A DNA stretch of 63,626 nt, filler included, from Octopus bimaculoides (GCF_001194135.2; 6 parts of 6 records of this genome joined end to end with filler, not necessarily neighbours in it); one strand, 5' to 3'; numbered from the whole stretch's first letter, positions 10,955-28,371 are shown. Made by a program: numbers and translations. The notes: a model not told the origin generated them from the letters alone.

Positions 10955-13068
10955 CGAAGCTACGAGGATCGTTCGAATCTCCCATTGGTGACTTGACAAT
11001 TTCTGCATTATGGAACACCTATTAGCCGCAGTAGTACAGCTTCAAAAGAAGGAAAAACAACAACAACTAATTTAGTTGCAGTTGGTGAAGTCCGAAAATC
11101 CAGTAAGCTCGTTTACGCCAAACGGCATAGCTAACACTATTTCTGAACTTACATATAATAACGTATTACGTTTCCCGCGAATTACAGAAGATACGAGGAA
11201 ATTTTTCACAAATGGAAGTCATGGTCGCAAGAGCAGAAAGTAAGGCTTTTACTACGCAAGGTAGGTCTTGCCGAATATGAACGATGCTATAACTTTATTC
11301 TGTCCGAAAAGTCGAATGAGATTGGTTTCCAAGAATCCGTGGAACTGCTTTCAAAAATTTCTTTATTCAACACCAGAATGGAGTGTTGGAACTTAACAAA
11401 AAATGTGGTTGATGATTTTATCACATATGCCTGAGTAGTCAACCATATGTGTGGAGATTTCAGAAGAATGTCGGGCTATGGCAAACTTTAAACATGATGT
11501 GAAAAAATACAAGATAAAAGCTCTGCAAAAATTCAAATGTGTTGTCCCGGGAAGCACAATAAAAATTTGTCAGGCCCCAATCCATGTTATGGTTGTGGAG
11601 GCCTACACTACAAAAAGGAATGACCATTTAACAACAAAAATACTATAGTTGCCAGAAGTAGTTGGGACACATGAATTCTCATTGTAGAACAAGACTATGA
11701 GGCTCAAACACAAAAAGTTCTAAGGTGTTTTCAGCAGAGAGTGATTGCGACGGAAAAACAAAAAAAATCATGCACATAAAAATAAACCACGTGAACACCA
11801 AATTACAGTTAGACACATCTCAATTATAAATGCAGGTACTTGAAAAAAAATTGGTAAACTGAAATTACGAAAAGCAGCGAAAATAGCGTATGGTGTAAGG
11901 GGCGATAAATTAGACTTCATGGGAAAGCATGTATCCACGTCACATTTCAAGCAGAGACACACGAAGCAAAATCATTTGTTGTGGATAATACTATCAATCT
12001 GTTTGGCTCAGATTGGTTATTCGATTTATGGGACCTCTCCATAAATATCTATTGCAATAACATAAATGGCTGCCCCGTTAAAAACAAGTTTTCGGGAGAA
12101 CTGAAGAAAAAATTGAAAAAAATTATTCTGCAACTGTTATCAGAGAATAAGGAAGCCTATTTCCAAGTTAGTGAAAACGCTGATCCCGTGTCTAAAGCAA
12201 CTGAAACCATAAAGGAAGAGTTGGACAGATCCGAAAAGAGTGGAATCATCAAAAAGGTGGATTACTCGCTGTAGGCGGCTCCCACTGTGTGCCGATTTCT
12301 CTACAGGATTGAACGACTGTACGATTGAACATACCACCATCCACTCCCGCCTGTAGAGTACATTTGTTCAAAGTTAAATGGTGGAATTTTTTTTCCAAAT
12401 TAGAGCTGTCTGAAGGCTGTTTACAGATAGAAGTAAAGGAAAAATGCTCAAAGTATTTGACGATTAATACACACAGAGGATTGTACAGATACACATGATT
12501 ACCTTTTGGATTAAAAGTGGCACCAGCAATATTTCAGCAAATCATAGAAACTATATTATCTGATTGTGAATTTGCAATTCCGTACTTGGACGATATTTTG
12601 ATCAAGAGTAATTCTCAACAGCATGTGGAACACATAAAAGCCACGTTTAAGAAAATTAAGATTTTCGATGCCAATTCTTTCTACCCAAATTAAATACTTA
12701 GGGCAAATAATTGATAAAAGTGGTAGACACCCTAACTCGTCGAGGGCAGGCGCAAAAAAGAATATGTCTGCGCCGACAAATATTCCAACTTTACAAGTAC
12801 TTCTTAGGCTGGCAAACTACTACCAAAACAACATATCTAATATGCACAAATTAAGAGCTCCATTGAACGACTTATTAAAGAAAGAAGTAACGTGGAATTG
12901 GTCTGCTAATTGCCAGAACATTTTTGACGAAATAGAAAAATGCTAATCTCAGACTTATCGTTAGCACATTATGATCCCGAAATGGATATCATTGTATAAT
13001 CTGATGCTTCTGAGCGCAGATTAGATGCAGTTCTACTTCATAACTACGAAGACAGAAGTACAAAACCA

Positions 13069-13545
13069 GTGGTTCATCTTTCGCGCTCGCTAATAGCGGC
13101 AGAGAAGAGATATAGTCAAATTGAAAAGGAGGCCCTAGCAATTATTTTTGCAGTTAAAACATTTCACAGGTTTCTACATGGCAGAAGTCTTTTTTTGCAA
13201 ACAGTCCATAGACCTTTGCTGTCAATTTATGGGTCTAAAAAAAGATTATCAACTTATACTGCAAACTTCCTGCAATGGTGGGGTGTAATATTACTAAATT
13301 ATAATTTCAAAATGCAATACCATCCATGGAAAAACGTTGGTCATTCAGACTGCCTTTCGAGATTAATTCCAAAAAATATGGAACCACTAGAAGAGACTGT
13401 TATAGCTACACAGCAGGCAGAAAGTGAAATTAAAAGTGTTATGATGAACGTTATCCAAGAACTACCAGTGACAGCACAGGATATACGACTGAAAACTGCA
13501 GGTGATTACTATTTTAGGAAAATAAAAGAAACTTTAAAAAGATAA
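13069..13545 (+). pseudogene. pol: Gypsy pol RNase H fragment
   Basis: LSRSLIAAEKRYSQIEKEALAIIFAVKTFHRFLHGR. Confidence 0.9.
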
Positions 13546-14269
13546 ATAGAATAAAAATTCAGATGCCAGTAGATTTTCAATTTGCGACGATATTCTGGCG
13601 TATGCCCAAAGAGTGGTGGTTCCTACTACATTACAAAAAGGGGTATTGCAACAATTTCACAACAGACATCCAGGAATGGCAAGGATGAAGGCTCTTATGT
13701 TTATTGGCCGTTTATGGATTGAGATATTGAAAACTTGGTGAGAACGTGCCAAGATTGCGCGCTCGCGGTCAAAGCTCCGCTGATAAATTATCAATTGTAG
13801 CCAGAGACGGAGAACCCATGGTTTAAGTTAGACATTGACTATACCGGACCGATAAACGGCGCTTATTACCTAATTGTAGTAGATAGCTGTAGTAAGTGGC
13901 TGGAGGTTTGCTTCTATGACAACTATAAAGTTCTTATACGAATTGTTTACGCGATACGGTGTTCATGATACCCTAGTTTCAGACAACGGAACGCAGTCCT
14001 TTGGGTATGAATTCAAGAACTTCTGTAAGAGGCATGCGATAAAACATATTTTCACTTCACCCTACCACCAACGGGTAGGTAAAAATATATGTGGACATCT
14101 TTAAGAGAGCGTTCATAAAAGCGAGGAATGAATTAAGTAGCGACTAAGCACTGATAAATTTCTCAAGAATATACAGAGTGACCCCCAATCCAAGTACAAA
14201 TTCAGGTAAGTCTCCCTCAGAATTGATGTTCACAAGAAGAATAAGGTACTTCGTGCTAGTTCTACTGTT

Positions 14270-14440
14270 CGTGTGTTGATAGTTCAAAGCTGGAGTTCAA
14301 AGTTAACAGTTTGAGTTAGCATGTTGGATTGTTGATTCTTAAAAGATTGTTGTTAAGTTCCGCGTGGATACTGCCGTTTGCTTCGATTATATTATTATTA
14401 CATTGTTGCAGTGTATTCGTTTATCCATAAGGATATTACA
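14270..14440 (+). repeat. Gypsy 3' LTR
   Basis: Diverged direct repeat of 10821-10954, ending ..ACA. Confidence 0.8.
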
Positions 14441-14449
14441 GAACACGAA

Positions 14450-18310
<3,861 letters not shown>

Positions 18311-18962
18311 CTGTTGTAGTTGAAATTCCAATGAATGAGTCTTGGATCTAGGTTAGAAACCGGCTTTTAAAATTGAATGACATACATACTCATATATNNN
18401 NNNNNNNNNNNNNNNNNNNNNNNNNNNNNNNNNNATATATATATATATACGGTACAACAAGGCACCAATATTTACTGGAAAATAGCAATCGATACAAATA
18501 CGGCGCTATTGTATATATACACGTAAGTGTGTGTATGTGTGTGTGTGTGTGTGTGTGTGTTTTAGCTAACAAAAAGAAAAAGGAAGAATAAGTCAGGACT
18601 AGATGGAAAATGTTGAACCAAGCTTTATTAGTACGCTTTTCTCTTTTGTTCACTAGTGATATGTACAACAAGAATGTTCTGTATATATGATCATTCACAA
18701 GGAAAAGTAAAGGGAAAATTGCAGAAATACGCAGACGGCACTTGAATTCTTTGCTGATCTTTGACTCGAAGCTTAAAAAATGACTGTTATATTAGTTTAT
18801 CTTGTTCTGCTAGCGCAAATATGAAGGCTACTCGATGGGTGCAACAACTTTTCCAGGCTATAAGTATTGAATGTAGTAAATTGATGATTAATAGTACAAT
18901 AAAAATCGAAGAAATTCAAGGGAAAAAATCTGCTTCATGTTAAGTGTATGTGTGTGTGTGTA

Positions 18963-19346
18963 TTCTCTTTTACTCTTTTACTTGTTTCAGTCATTTGACT
19001 GCGGCCATCCTGGAGCACCGCCTTTAGTCGAGCAAATCGACCCCAGGACTTATTCTCTGTAAGCTTAGTACTTATTCTATAGGTCTCTTTTGCCGAAACG
19101 CTAGGTTACGGGGACGTTATCACACCAGCATCGGTTGTCAAGCTACGACGGGGGGACAAACACACAAATATATACACACACATACATATACATATATATG
19201 CATTATGATGGGTTTCTTCCAGTTTCCGTCTACCAAGTCCACTCACAAAGCTTTGGTTGGCCCGAGGCTATAGTAGAAGACACCTGGCCAAGGTGCCACG
19301 CAGTGGAACTGAACCCAGAACCATGTGATTGGTAAGCAAGCTACTT
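18963..19346 (-). mobile_element. SINE family A body, interrupted in its head by a Tx1 insertion (head resumes 20872-20895)
   Basis: Ends ggtaagcaagctactt at 19331-19346; continuation accacacagccac at 20872. Confidence 0.85.
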
Positions 19347-20855
19347 TATTTCAACAATTTGACCATTAAGGCCTTACAAAGAGGGGACGAACAAAGACAG
19401 ACAAACATAAAGTAGCTGCGGGCTGGACGCAGACATTAATGAGATAAAGGTGATAACAACAAAGATGAAATAATAATGGAAGGGCTAGCAGCGCCCGCCG
19501 ACCGATAACCCCTCGAAAACGTTGTTCATTTAAATACAATACAAGATCANNNNNNNNNNNNNNNNNNNNNNNNNNNNNNNNNNNNNNNNNNNNNNNNNNN
19601 NNNNNNNNNNNNNNNNNNNNNNNNNNNNNNNNNNNNNNNNNNNNNNNNNNNNNNNNNNNNNNNNNNNNNNNNNNNNNNNNNNNNNNNNNNNNNNNNNNNN
19701 NNNNNNNNNNNNNNNNNNNNNNNNNNNNNNNNNNNNNNNNNNNNNNNNNNNNNNNNNNNNNNNNNNNNNNNNNNNNNNNNNNNNNNNNNNNNNNNNNNNN
19801 NNNNNNNNNNNNNNNNNNNNNNNNNNNNNNNNNNNNNNNNNNNNNNNNNNNNNNNNNNNNNNNNNNNNNNNNNNNNNNNNNNNNNNNNNNNNNNNNNNNN
19901 NNNNNNNNNNNNNNNNNNNNNNNNNNNNNNNNNNNNNNNNNNNNNNNNNNNNNNNNNNNNNNNNNNNNNNNNNNNNNNNNNNNNNNNGGTGACCGCCTCC
20001 ACGACTTCCTCCGTCTCCCCTCCTCGGGGAGGGGGGCACCTTCTCCTTTTCCTTCCTCTCCGTAGCCTTACCTCAGCCCTGGGGGCAGTTCTTTTTGATG
20101 TGACAAGGTTCCAGGCATTGGTGACACTGGGGGGGGGGGCGTCCCTCAACTATTACCGGGTACCTGGCCCCGGCAATTACCAATGTTAGGTCGCCGCCCG
20201 ACTGGGTCCAAAGGCTCAGCACTGCCTTTGACCCAATTCAGTCTTCCTCAATTATTTCTTTATCGAAGAGGGCAATGGCGTCGCGTGACCTACAATAGGT
20301 CCGCATGACCAGTGCCCTCTTCTCAATGTCATTCAGCCACTGCTTGGGTGGGACAATCTCCGACTCCAAGATAGTAGCTCCATTATTTTTTGCCATGTTC
20401 ATAGATAGAAAGCTTGTAAAATAGTCCAAATAAAAATATTCGCAAAAAGGAGAAGAAAGAAAAAAACAAAAACAGTTCAAAATAAAGAAACAGACGAAGA
20501 AGAGTAGAAAAGACAGTTCCAAACGGTAAAAACACGAATTGGCCAACAGGTAATCCAAGCCTTCAGAATTTTCAACGGTATAATCCATTTATTTTGAAAG
20601 AAAACACAATTCTTCGTGCAGATACGTCCCCAAAACAAATATCACAGTAGTATAATAGCCGCCGAAAGCAGACGAAATTGTCCTGGAGCTGGGCGAAATT
20701 TACTGCAAAAAAAATTCAACCAACAATAAATCTCACCTAGCTCAAATAAAACAATTCCAACTATCTCGGTCGACTTCAAAGTCCAATTTTGGACGGAGTT
20801 GAAAATACCCGTCCACTCTGTTCTTCAGGAAGTAACTACACTGACGCAGATGCTC
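19347..20855 (-). mobile_element. Tx1/L1-clade LINE with both ends present, middle in an N gap; ~16-bp TSD
   Basis: 5'UTR and ORF1 start (MAKNNGATILESEIVPPKQW.., 20405 downward); 3' end matches 29741-29820; TSD 19331-19346 vs 20856-20871 matches 14/16. Confidence 0.75.
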
Positions 20856-20981
20856 GGTAGGCAATCTACTTACCACACAGCCACTTCAGCACCTATGTAT
20901 GTATGTATGTATGTATGTATGTATGTATGTATGTATGTATGTATGTATGTATGTATGCGTGTTTGCATGTATGTATGGTTG

Positions 20982-21035
<54 letters not shown>

Positions 21036-21078
21036 CATAGGCCATATTAAATCTCTGAGCGAGATATAAACAGAATCG

Positions 21079-21435
21079 TGACATATAGTTGCCAACCAAA
21101 TGTGGTGCCCTATACAGGACAGTGCTACTGACGGTTATAGCCCCTGGAAGATATCTCTTCCAGCTGTCTAACGACACACCTCCTGTGTCCACGTGTGGTG
21201 ACTTTTCATCACTAGTTGGTGATTAACACACGCTGAGGACGGGTAACCACCCAGAAACTTAAGTCCGTGGGTATCACGTAAGGCTAGGGATGGGAGCGAT
21301 GACCTCCTTCGCAAATACTAATCGGACACATAATGTGCGTCGTTAGCCAGCTGGAAGAGATGTCTTCCTCGGGCTATAAACGTCAGTAGCACCGTCCCGT
21401 ATAGGACGCCACACTAGATTGGCAATTATATGTTA
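21079..21435. mobile_element. MITE with ~100-bp imperfect TIRs
   Basis: 21079-21180 is the reverse complement of about 21333-21435; related single arm at 22580-22735. Confidence 0.8.
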
Positions 21436-21478
<43 letters not shown>

Positions 21479-21540
21479 CGTAAATATATATATATGTACA
21501 CACACATATGTGTATATATACATACATACATACATACATA

Positions 21541-21599
<59 letters not shown>

Positions 21600-22340
21600 T
21601 TCACGGAATTAATGGTAGGCCAATTCGGTTATTTCTGAAAACATTACAAAAAAAACCTGAAGACGTAGTCTGTATTGTGTCTGTATGGAAAGACAGTCGC
21701 TCATCTGCTACTCATTGAAAAGTGAAAGAAATTGGAGTATAAGGATTACTTAATGAACTTTATATATACACTTTATATACTTTATCCACTTTATATACTT
21801 TTATAGACTTAATACACAGCACTCATAAAATAAATATTTACTCTTATTTTTCCATTTTCCCATAAACAAAAACAAAAAATATCCCATACATATGATGTAA
21901 CCTTTAGTTAAATTGCATATATTTGCTATGTAAATAAGCGTGAATATTTCACGGAATTGCACTTACGTTCATGTGTTAAGTGATATAAAAACTTAGTTCA
22001 ATTATTAAAAAAATACACTTTTCACTATCGAATCACGACCTCAACTTCACCAGCTAAAAAGGAGACAAAAAATAAACACAAGTTAGGAGAAGAAAGAAAG
22101 ATATTAATCAAATTAATATTCAATTTTTCACCCCTATTATTTAAATTTAAATAACCATGTTCTCTAAACGGCAAAATCCACTGCAGAGAATTATTTTCTG
22201 CAGAAATATTTCCGGTATTTTGGCGCGCTAGAACGAAGACTTTTGAAATAGAACACCAAATGTAATTAGTAGAACTATATACATGTTCAATCTCATGCGG
22301 ACTTCTCGTGTATAGTTCTGCATATTATATTGCCAAGACG

Positions 22341-22407
22341 ATCATACTGAAGAGTTGCGGACAATTACGTAATTACGTAAGTGATAACAACGAAACCGGT
22401 CTGTGAT
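22341..22407 (+). ncRNA. Intact minimal type I hammerhead ribozyme motif
   Basis: Stem I ATCATA/TGTGAT, core CTGAAGA, stem II GTTG/CAAC, GAAA, palindromic stem III ACCGGT, GUC cleavage after 22401. Confidence 0.8.
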
Positions 22408-22579
22408 TAGTCTTTATATTTTGTATCTTTTCATTTGTCTTGCTCGCTTACGTTCTGTTGTTTGCTGAATTTTTTGAGAACAATATTTTCTTAGTGGTCA
22501 GACCATAGGTGTTCTTCTTCTAGCAAAATGGATCTCCACTTAGTGGCCAACCTTCTCATATATATATATATATATATGT

Positions 22580-22734
22580 TAAATCTCTGAACGAGGTGTT
22601 AACAGTAACTGCACGATAAAGTGAAGTATATTTGCCATTTAAATGTGGCTGACCCCTAAGGGTGGATGTTACTGTTGCTTTTAGCCCCAGGAGAACATCT
22701 CCTCCAGCTGGCTTATCGACACATATCTGTGTCC

Positions 22735-22735
<1 letters not shown>
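22580..22735. mobile_element. MITE arm related to 21079-21435
   Basis: Shared ttgcca..aatgtgg..cccta..tagcccc.gga..atctc.tccagctg..cgacaca. Confidence 0.55.
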
Positions 22736-22765
<30 letters not shown>

Positions 22766-23399
22766 NNNNNNNNNNNNNNNNNNNNNNNNNNNNNNNNNNN
22801 NNNNNNNNNNNNNNNNNNNNNNNNNNNNNNNNNNNNNNNNNNNNNNNNNNNNNNNNNNNNNNNNNNNNNNNNNNNNNNNNNNNNNNNNNNNNNNNNNNNN
22901 NNNNNNNNNNNNNNNNNNNNNNNNNNNNNNNNNNNNNNNNNNNNNNNNNNNNNNNNNNNNNNNNNNNNNNNNNNNNNNNNNNNNNNNNNNNNNNNNNNNN
23001 NNNNNNNNNNNNNNNNNNNNNNNNNNNNNNNNNNNNNNNNNNNNNNNNNNNNNNNNNNNNNNNNNNNNNNNNNNNNNNNNNNNNNNNNNNNNNNNNNNNN
23101 NNNNNNNNNNNNNNNNNNNNNNNNNNNNNNNNNNNNNNNNNNNNNNNNNNNNNNNNNNNNNNNNNNNNNNNNNNNNNNNNNNNNNNNNNNNNNNNNNNNN
23201 NNNNNNNNNNNNNNNNNNNNNNNNNNNNNNNNNNNNNNNNNNNNNNNNNNNNNNNNNNNNNNNNNNNNNNNNNNNNNNNNNNNNNNNNNNNNNNNNNNNN
23301 NNNNNNNNNNNNNNNNNNNNNNNNNNNNNNNNNNNNNNNNNNNNNNNNNNNNNNNNNNNNNNNNNNNNNNNNNNNNNNNNNNNNNNNNATATTGTATTT

Positions 23400-23610
23400 G
23401 TGTATGTGTGTTTGTCCCCCAACATCGCTTGACAACCGATGTTGGTGTCTTTAATTCCCTATAACATAACGGTTCGGCAAAATCGATCGATAAAATAAGC
23501 ACTACTCTTACAAAGAATAAGTCCTTGATTCGATTTGTTCAACTAAAAGGTGGTGCTCCGGCATGGCCACAGTCAAATGATTGAAAGCAGTAAAAGAATA
23601 AACATAAAAG
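23400..23610 (+). mobile_element. SINE family A 3' half
   Basis: tttgtccccc aacatcgcttgacaaccgat..ggtgctccggcatggccacagtcaaatga. Confidence 0.75.
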
Positions 23611-24874
23611 AATGTATATATATATAAATATATGTATGTGTATATATATATATGCGTGAGTGTGTGTATGTGTGTATGTTTGTATGTAGGTATGTAGATA
23701 TTAATCGATATTATTTATAAACAGAAATTGTCCAAGATGTGGGCCAATAAGAGGTAATTCTTAATGCATCATAGACTTTCTTTGTACGCAGACACACGTA
23801 CAGACTTAACAATCATGTGTATACACATGCATATGCTGTTCTTTATGTAGCCATTCGTAAAATGCACGCAGAAAATATGAAATATTAATTGGAATATAGT
23901 AAAAGATAATATCAGACAATGATAAGAAAATTTCTGAGAAAAACTGATCAAAAACAAGAAAGTTTAATTCGTTGAGGAGTGTAAAATAGAAGACTTCAAA
24001 AAGGGGGTGGGGAAGTTACATCGAAAGAAGATAGAAAGGTAAATGCACAATAAAATATATGCATTGTTCACACGCACATATAAACATACAAATAAACACA
24101 CAAACACACACACACACGAATATAAACACACACGTATACATGTAGGGATATTTACAGAAATGTACACACACACACACACATAGATACACAGATATAGATA
24201 TAGTCTAACTTCTGGTAGTGACATCGTATTTCGTTATGCAACCATAATATACTACCAAGTATATTAAAAGCTTCTAAGTCAATACTGTGCACCAGTTGTG
24301 TCAGCAGTACCATTCACTTACTAAAAAAATAGGTAATGAGTGGATTTGCATATTTCAGTTCTTGCTCCAAAATCAGCACCACATCCAAACACAGATGGGA
24401 AAACGTATGTGCAATATTTCTCAGAAGCAATATCCATTTGAAGAAAAAAAATTTTACTTTCATTAAAGCCTTTTATAAGGAACCAAACATTATCTTGGTA
24501 TGTGCCGGAATACACGTAAATCCATTGGCATCTTGTAACATAAGTGTTATCTCTGATACAAAATAGTAACAGCCCCATGATATAAATTTCCAGTAACGAC
24601 ATAAAATATGTTGGATCCAGAAGAAACTAAGCAATTATGTCCATGTTACTGGTTGTTACTTTGAGAATCTCAATGTACGTCGATAAAACTGTGGTAAAAC
24701 GTCTCACTGAAGGAATGTCTATATTGAAAAATTAGTATCTTAAAAGTATAAGGAGAAAACGGCATTGATTGTCTCTCACTAGTGGTGTGAACTAGAGTGC
24801 TTCTATGCACCAGCGAACCATATGAGGGTTTCTCGCATAGTGAATATCGCAGTATTGTGTCCTAACATAACATA

Positions 24875-25400
24875 CACTTTTAAGTGGTGATAAATTTTAC
24901 CTAAAAATATCGTAAAAAATCAAAAATATCATCAAGATTATGGTTGGGAGATAACAGTTTACTCAAATTATCACCCTCAACGCCCACCACGCTGCGTGCG
25001 TTCATCACTGTGTTCCAGTAAAGATCTGCGAGCACCTCCTTGATCTTGACCATAAGCTAGGCCTTGATGTTGTGGGTAGGGCGGTTTATGTCTTTCTCAA
25101 CTGCCCATCACACACAGTAATCGGGGTAATTTAGAAGCCAGAAATTGCGGTTCCCGATGTCGTAGAAATTTATGACAACCATTTCTGGCATTTTTCAGAG
25201 TGTGGAAAACCGAATCTTGCTGCCACACTCAACAGCTTCACATAACTGTTTGAACTGAGTCTAAGGCCTTGTTAAAGGTTGGGGAACCGAATTCTGGCAT
25301 GCAAACGCAATCAGAACGCCTGCCGTGTCCATTTTTGTTGACTATTGCTACGTAGTCACCGTTTCAGCCATCCATGTCACGTCTTACAGTCTAACCAATG
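24875..25400 (-). mobile_element. Tc1/mariner-superfamily (DD37D/maT-like) transposase C-terminal remnant
   Basis: Minus-strand translation NFWLLNYPDYCV*WAVEKDINRPTHNIKA*LMVKIKEVLADL resembles the WPPxSPDLNPLDYxVWGxVE..PHNT..L..I motif. Confidence 0.6.
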
Positions 25401-25708
25401 CGAATCATTATGATACAGCTCATTCTTTTCCAGCATTCAAATGCGTCCCATTCCTCCATGTCAGCTAACATTTTCACAACTACAATTTTAATCTTTATGC
25501 TCTCCAACGTTGGTATTTGTTCACTAATAATACATCAAGCTGTAACTGAAAAAAGAAACAGGCATAAAATATCTTCATATTTAACGTGAACACTCTGTTT
25601 AAGACTTCGGCAGAAATGTTACTCAAGTGCATTGTTGTATAGTAAACTACCGTAAATATTAAATTCAGTGTAATAGTTAAGGAAATGTTTCTGCTTCCTA
25701 TCTACGTG

Positions 25709-25774
<66 letters not shown>

Positions 25775-26108
25775 TAAACATAAATACAAAAAAGTGTTTT
25801 GTATGATCATGTATAGAAGAATATATTATTTTATTTAAAAGAGTTCTATCTCTGTCAGTTTTTTGTTTTATTTATATTCTTGTAAAATTAATGTGGGATA
25901 TAGAATATGGAATATATAATATATAATATAAAAATGGATGGTACAATGAAATGAAGTATTGAAAGTCTTATTGAATATATGAAATATTGAGTGTTCAATA
26001 TAAAGGANNNNNNNNNNNNNNNNNNNNNNNNNNNNNNNNNNNNNNNNNNNNTTAATTAATTAANNNNNNNNNNNNNNNNNNNNNNNNNNNNNNNNNNNNN
26101 NNNNNNNA

Positions 26109-26530
26109 CCTCTCGTGCAGCCCTTCATCGCTTCCTGTACTTCCCAGGCAGATATGGGTCCTTCGCAGCACTCGGCCTCGCTGGTCGAGAGTTGCGGCAG
26201 GCCGTCTAGGTACACACCGAAGTCTGTTCCGTTGTCCGTCCTACCGTCGTCCCGAACAATTGAGCAAAGTGCTGCTGAAAGGCTGCACACATCTGCTTCG
26301 GTTCCGAAATCTCACAGTCATTCTGGTCCACCAAGGACCGAATGGTCGCTCTGTTGCCACGCTTCACCTCAACCACGCGGGCCCATCGAGCGGCCTTAGT
26401 CCCCTCCCCGCTTACCGAAAGTGCTTTAGCTCTGACAACGCAGCTTTCATGCTTGACATCAAAGTGTTGGTCGAGGGCCAACTTCGCTGCTAACACGTCG
26501 GTTGCGATGCCTGTCCTAAGAGCCTAATAA
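26109..26530 (-). mobile_element. Tx1/L1 ORF2 fragment (endonuclease-RT linker)
   Basis: VRAKA..GEGTKAARWARVVEVKRGNRATIRSLVD..HFAQLF..LPQLSTSEAECCEGPISAWEVQEAMKGCTRG. Confidence 0.8.
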
Positions 26531-26654
26531 TAAATACTTTATTGGCCCCAAGCTCCACAGAAAGCATTTATAATAATACAAATGCAAAGAGCACTGGGGA
26601 CTTACATAAACACGTGTAAACAGCAAATAAATTAGCAAGAAAATTCTAACAACA

Positions 26655-26750
26655 ACTTTGCCGTAGGGTTCCTGGTGAGTAGAGTGACTCGGGATCTGTG
26701 AGATCACAGATCCCGAGTCACTCTACTCACCAGGAACCCTACGGCAAAGT
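26655..26750. repeat. Perfect palindrome, 46-bp arms, 4-nt centre
   Basis: 26655-26700 is the exact reverse complement of 26705-26750. Confidence 0.97.
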
Positions 26751-28198
26751 GCTCCCCTACACCCCTAATTTCCAGCCAATAGGTACATGTTTAGAATAGA
26801 TTCATCCACTCAAACAATTTTCATAATATTCATTCATCATTTTACATGTTTACTGAGACAGCACTTCCATCTCCACTCTCACATGATCTTCATAGTTGAA
26901 CTAGTAAAAATCAAGGTGAGTTTAGCTGTAAGGGAAAGTATCTGTTTTCAATCACTACACAACTTCTTTTGTGGTCACTACACAAGTAAACTGTCGTATA
27001 CAAAGGAACATTGCCTATTGAAGCCAACATTCCCAGTCCTTCACACGGCAGATATTCACAGCAAATAGACCGTCTAACCAGCAGAATGCGTTCCCTTCAC
27101 AAAAAGCAGAAAGCAACAGCTCCATTCTGGTCAACCGTAGAGCGGGGTAAGACACGACGGTTAGTTGACAGTATGCTTAAAAATGGCAGTGATTCTTCCT
27201 ATCACTTTTGTGGTACAATAAAAGAAACAACTAACTAACTTATACTGGCAGTTATATGCTAACCTCAACTGAGTAGACTAATAGCCTTGTTAAATTTCAC
27301 CAGTATTTACACTGGATCATATGCCGTCAGTTATAATTCTCATATGGGAAAAACTGGTTGGAATTTAAATCTGCCAATATAGTACAAAATAAACTCCACA
27401 CCATTCTTTTTGGACTTTAGTATTTAGACTGATCAAGCTATTGAAGCCAATAAAGCAAAAATAATGTTCTGATTTCAAATCACAATCGATGTTGAATTAA
27501 TAGTTCAACATTTGCGGGCCCTATAAAGCGTTACAGTAAAATACATGAGTTTATTTTAACGGCAGTTCCCCTCCCGAAAGTGGTTGGCCATGTAACTGTG
27601 TTACGAATTATATTATTTACTAGTGTTAGGTTTAGAGTGTTTCAATTTCAAATATGAACTGAAGTTCAAATGAAAGAATCATAAATGTTTTTTTTTTACA
27701 TAGTTTTATAGTTTTCTTTTTACAGTATTATTGATTGGTTTTGTTTATCGAATTTCAATACGCGTCAGAACATGAATGCCAATCGATAAACGCTCTTTAA
27801 TTCAATTTGATGTCTGCAGATTCTTTCAATTTACGAACATATCTCAATTTCATAAAACCCGATATGCTAACCCCAACAAGTTTAAACGAAATGAAAAAAA
27901 AAAAAAATACACAAACGAAGCACTTCTAATCAATATTATTATTCTCACCCACACATTTAGTCATTTTTTCTCCCAAACACCCGGCTAACCGTTATATAAA
28001 AACATCGTTGCCATCAAGACTGTATCCCACAAAAAAGCAAAAGGAAGCTAACAACTAAACCAGCAACCAGTCAGTCAGCCAGACGTCCATGTACCGAAAG
28101 AACGACTCATCCGTCTAATGATAATTCATCCGTGTCATCATGGGTGATTTACATGATACGAGACACAGCAACAATTATCTAGCTGAAGATAATACGAC

Positions 28199-28253
<55 letters not shown>

Positions 28254-28371
28254 ACCGTCTGTCTGTCTACGTTCGTTTTACTAGCTTCCATACAGTAACA
28301 CATCGACAATTTATTTCTGCTGTACCAATAGATATCCCACCACACACATACACAAAGGATATATATATATG

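Larger units (their letters stand above)
10821..14440 (+). mobile_element. Decayed Ty3/Gypsy LTR retrotransposon
   Basis: Two similar LTRs; gag with CYGCGGLH knuckle (~11580); protease LQLDT; RT LPFGLKVAPAIFQ..YLDD (12583-12594); RNase H DAS..EKRYSQIEKEALAII; integrase HIDYTGP..VVDS..SDNGTQ, in Gypsy order; many stops and frameshifts. Confidence 0.92.
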
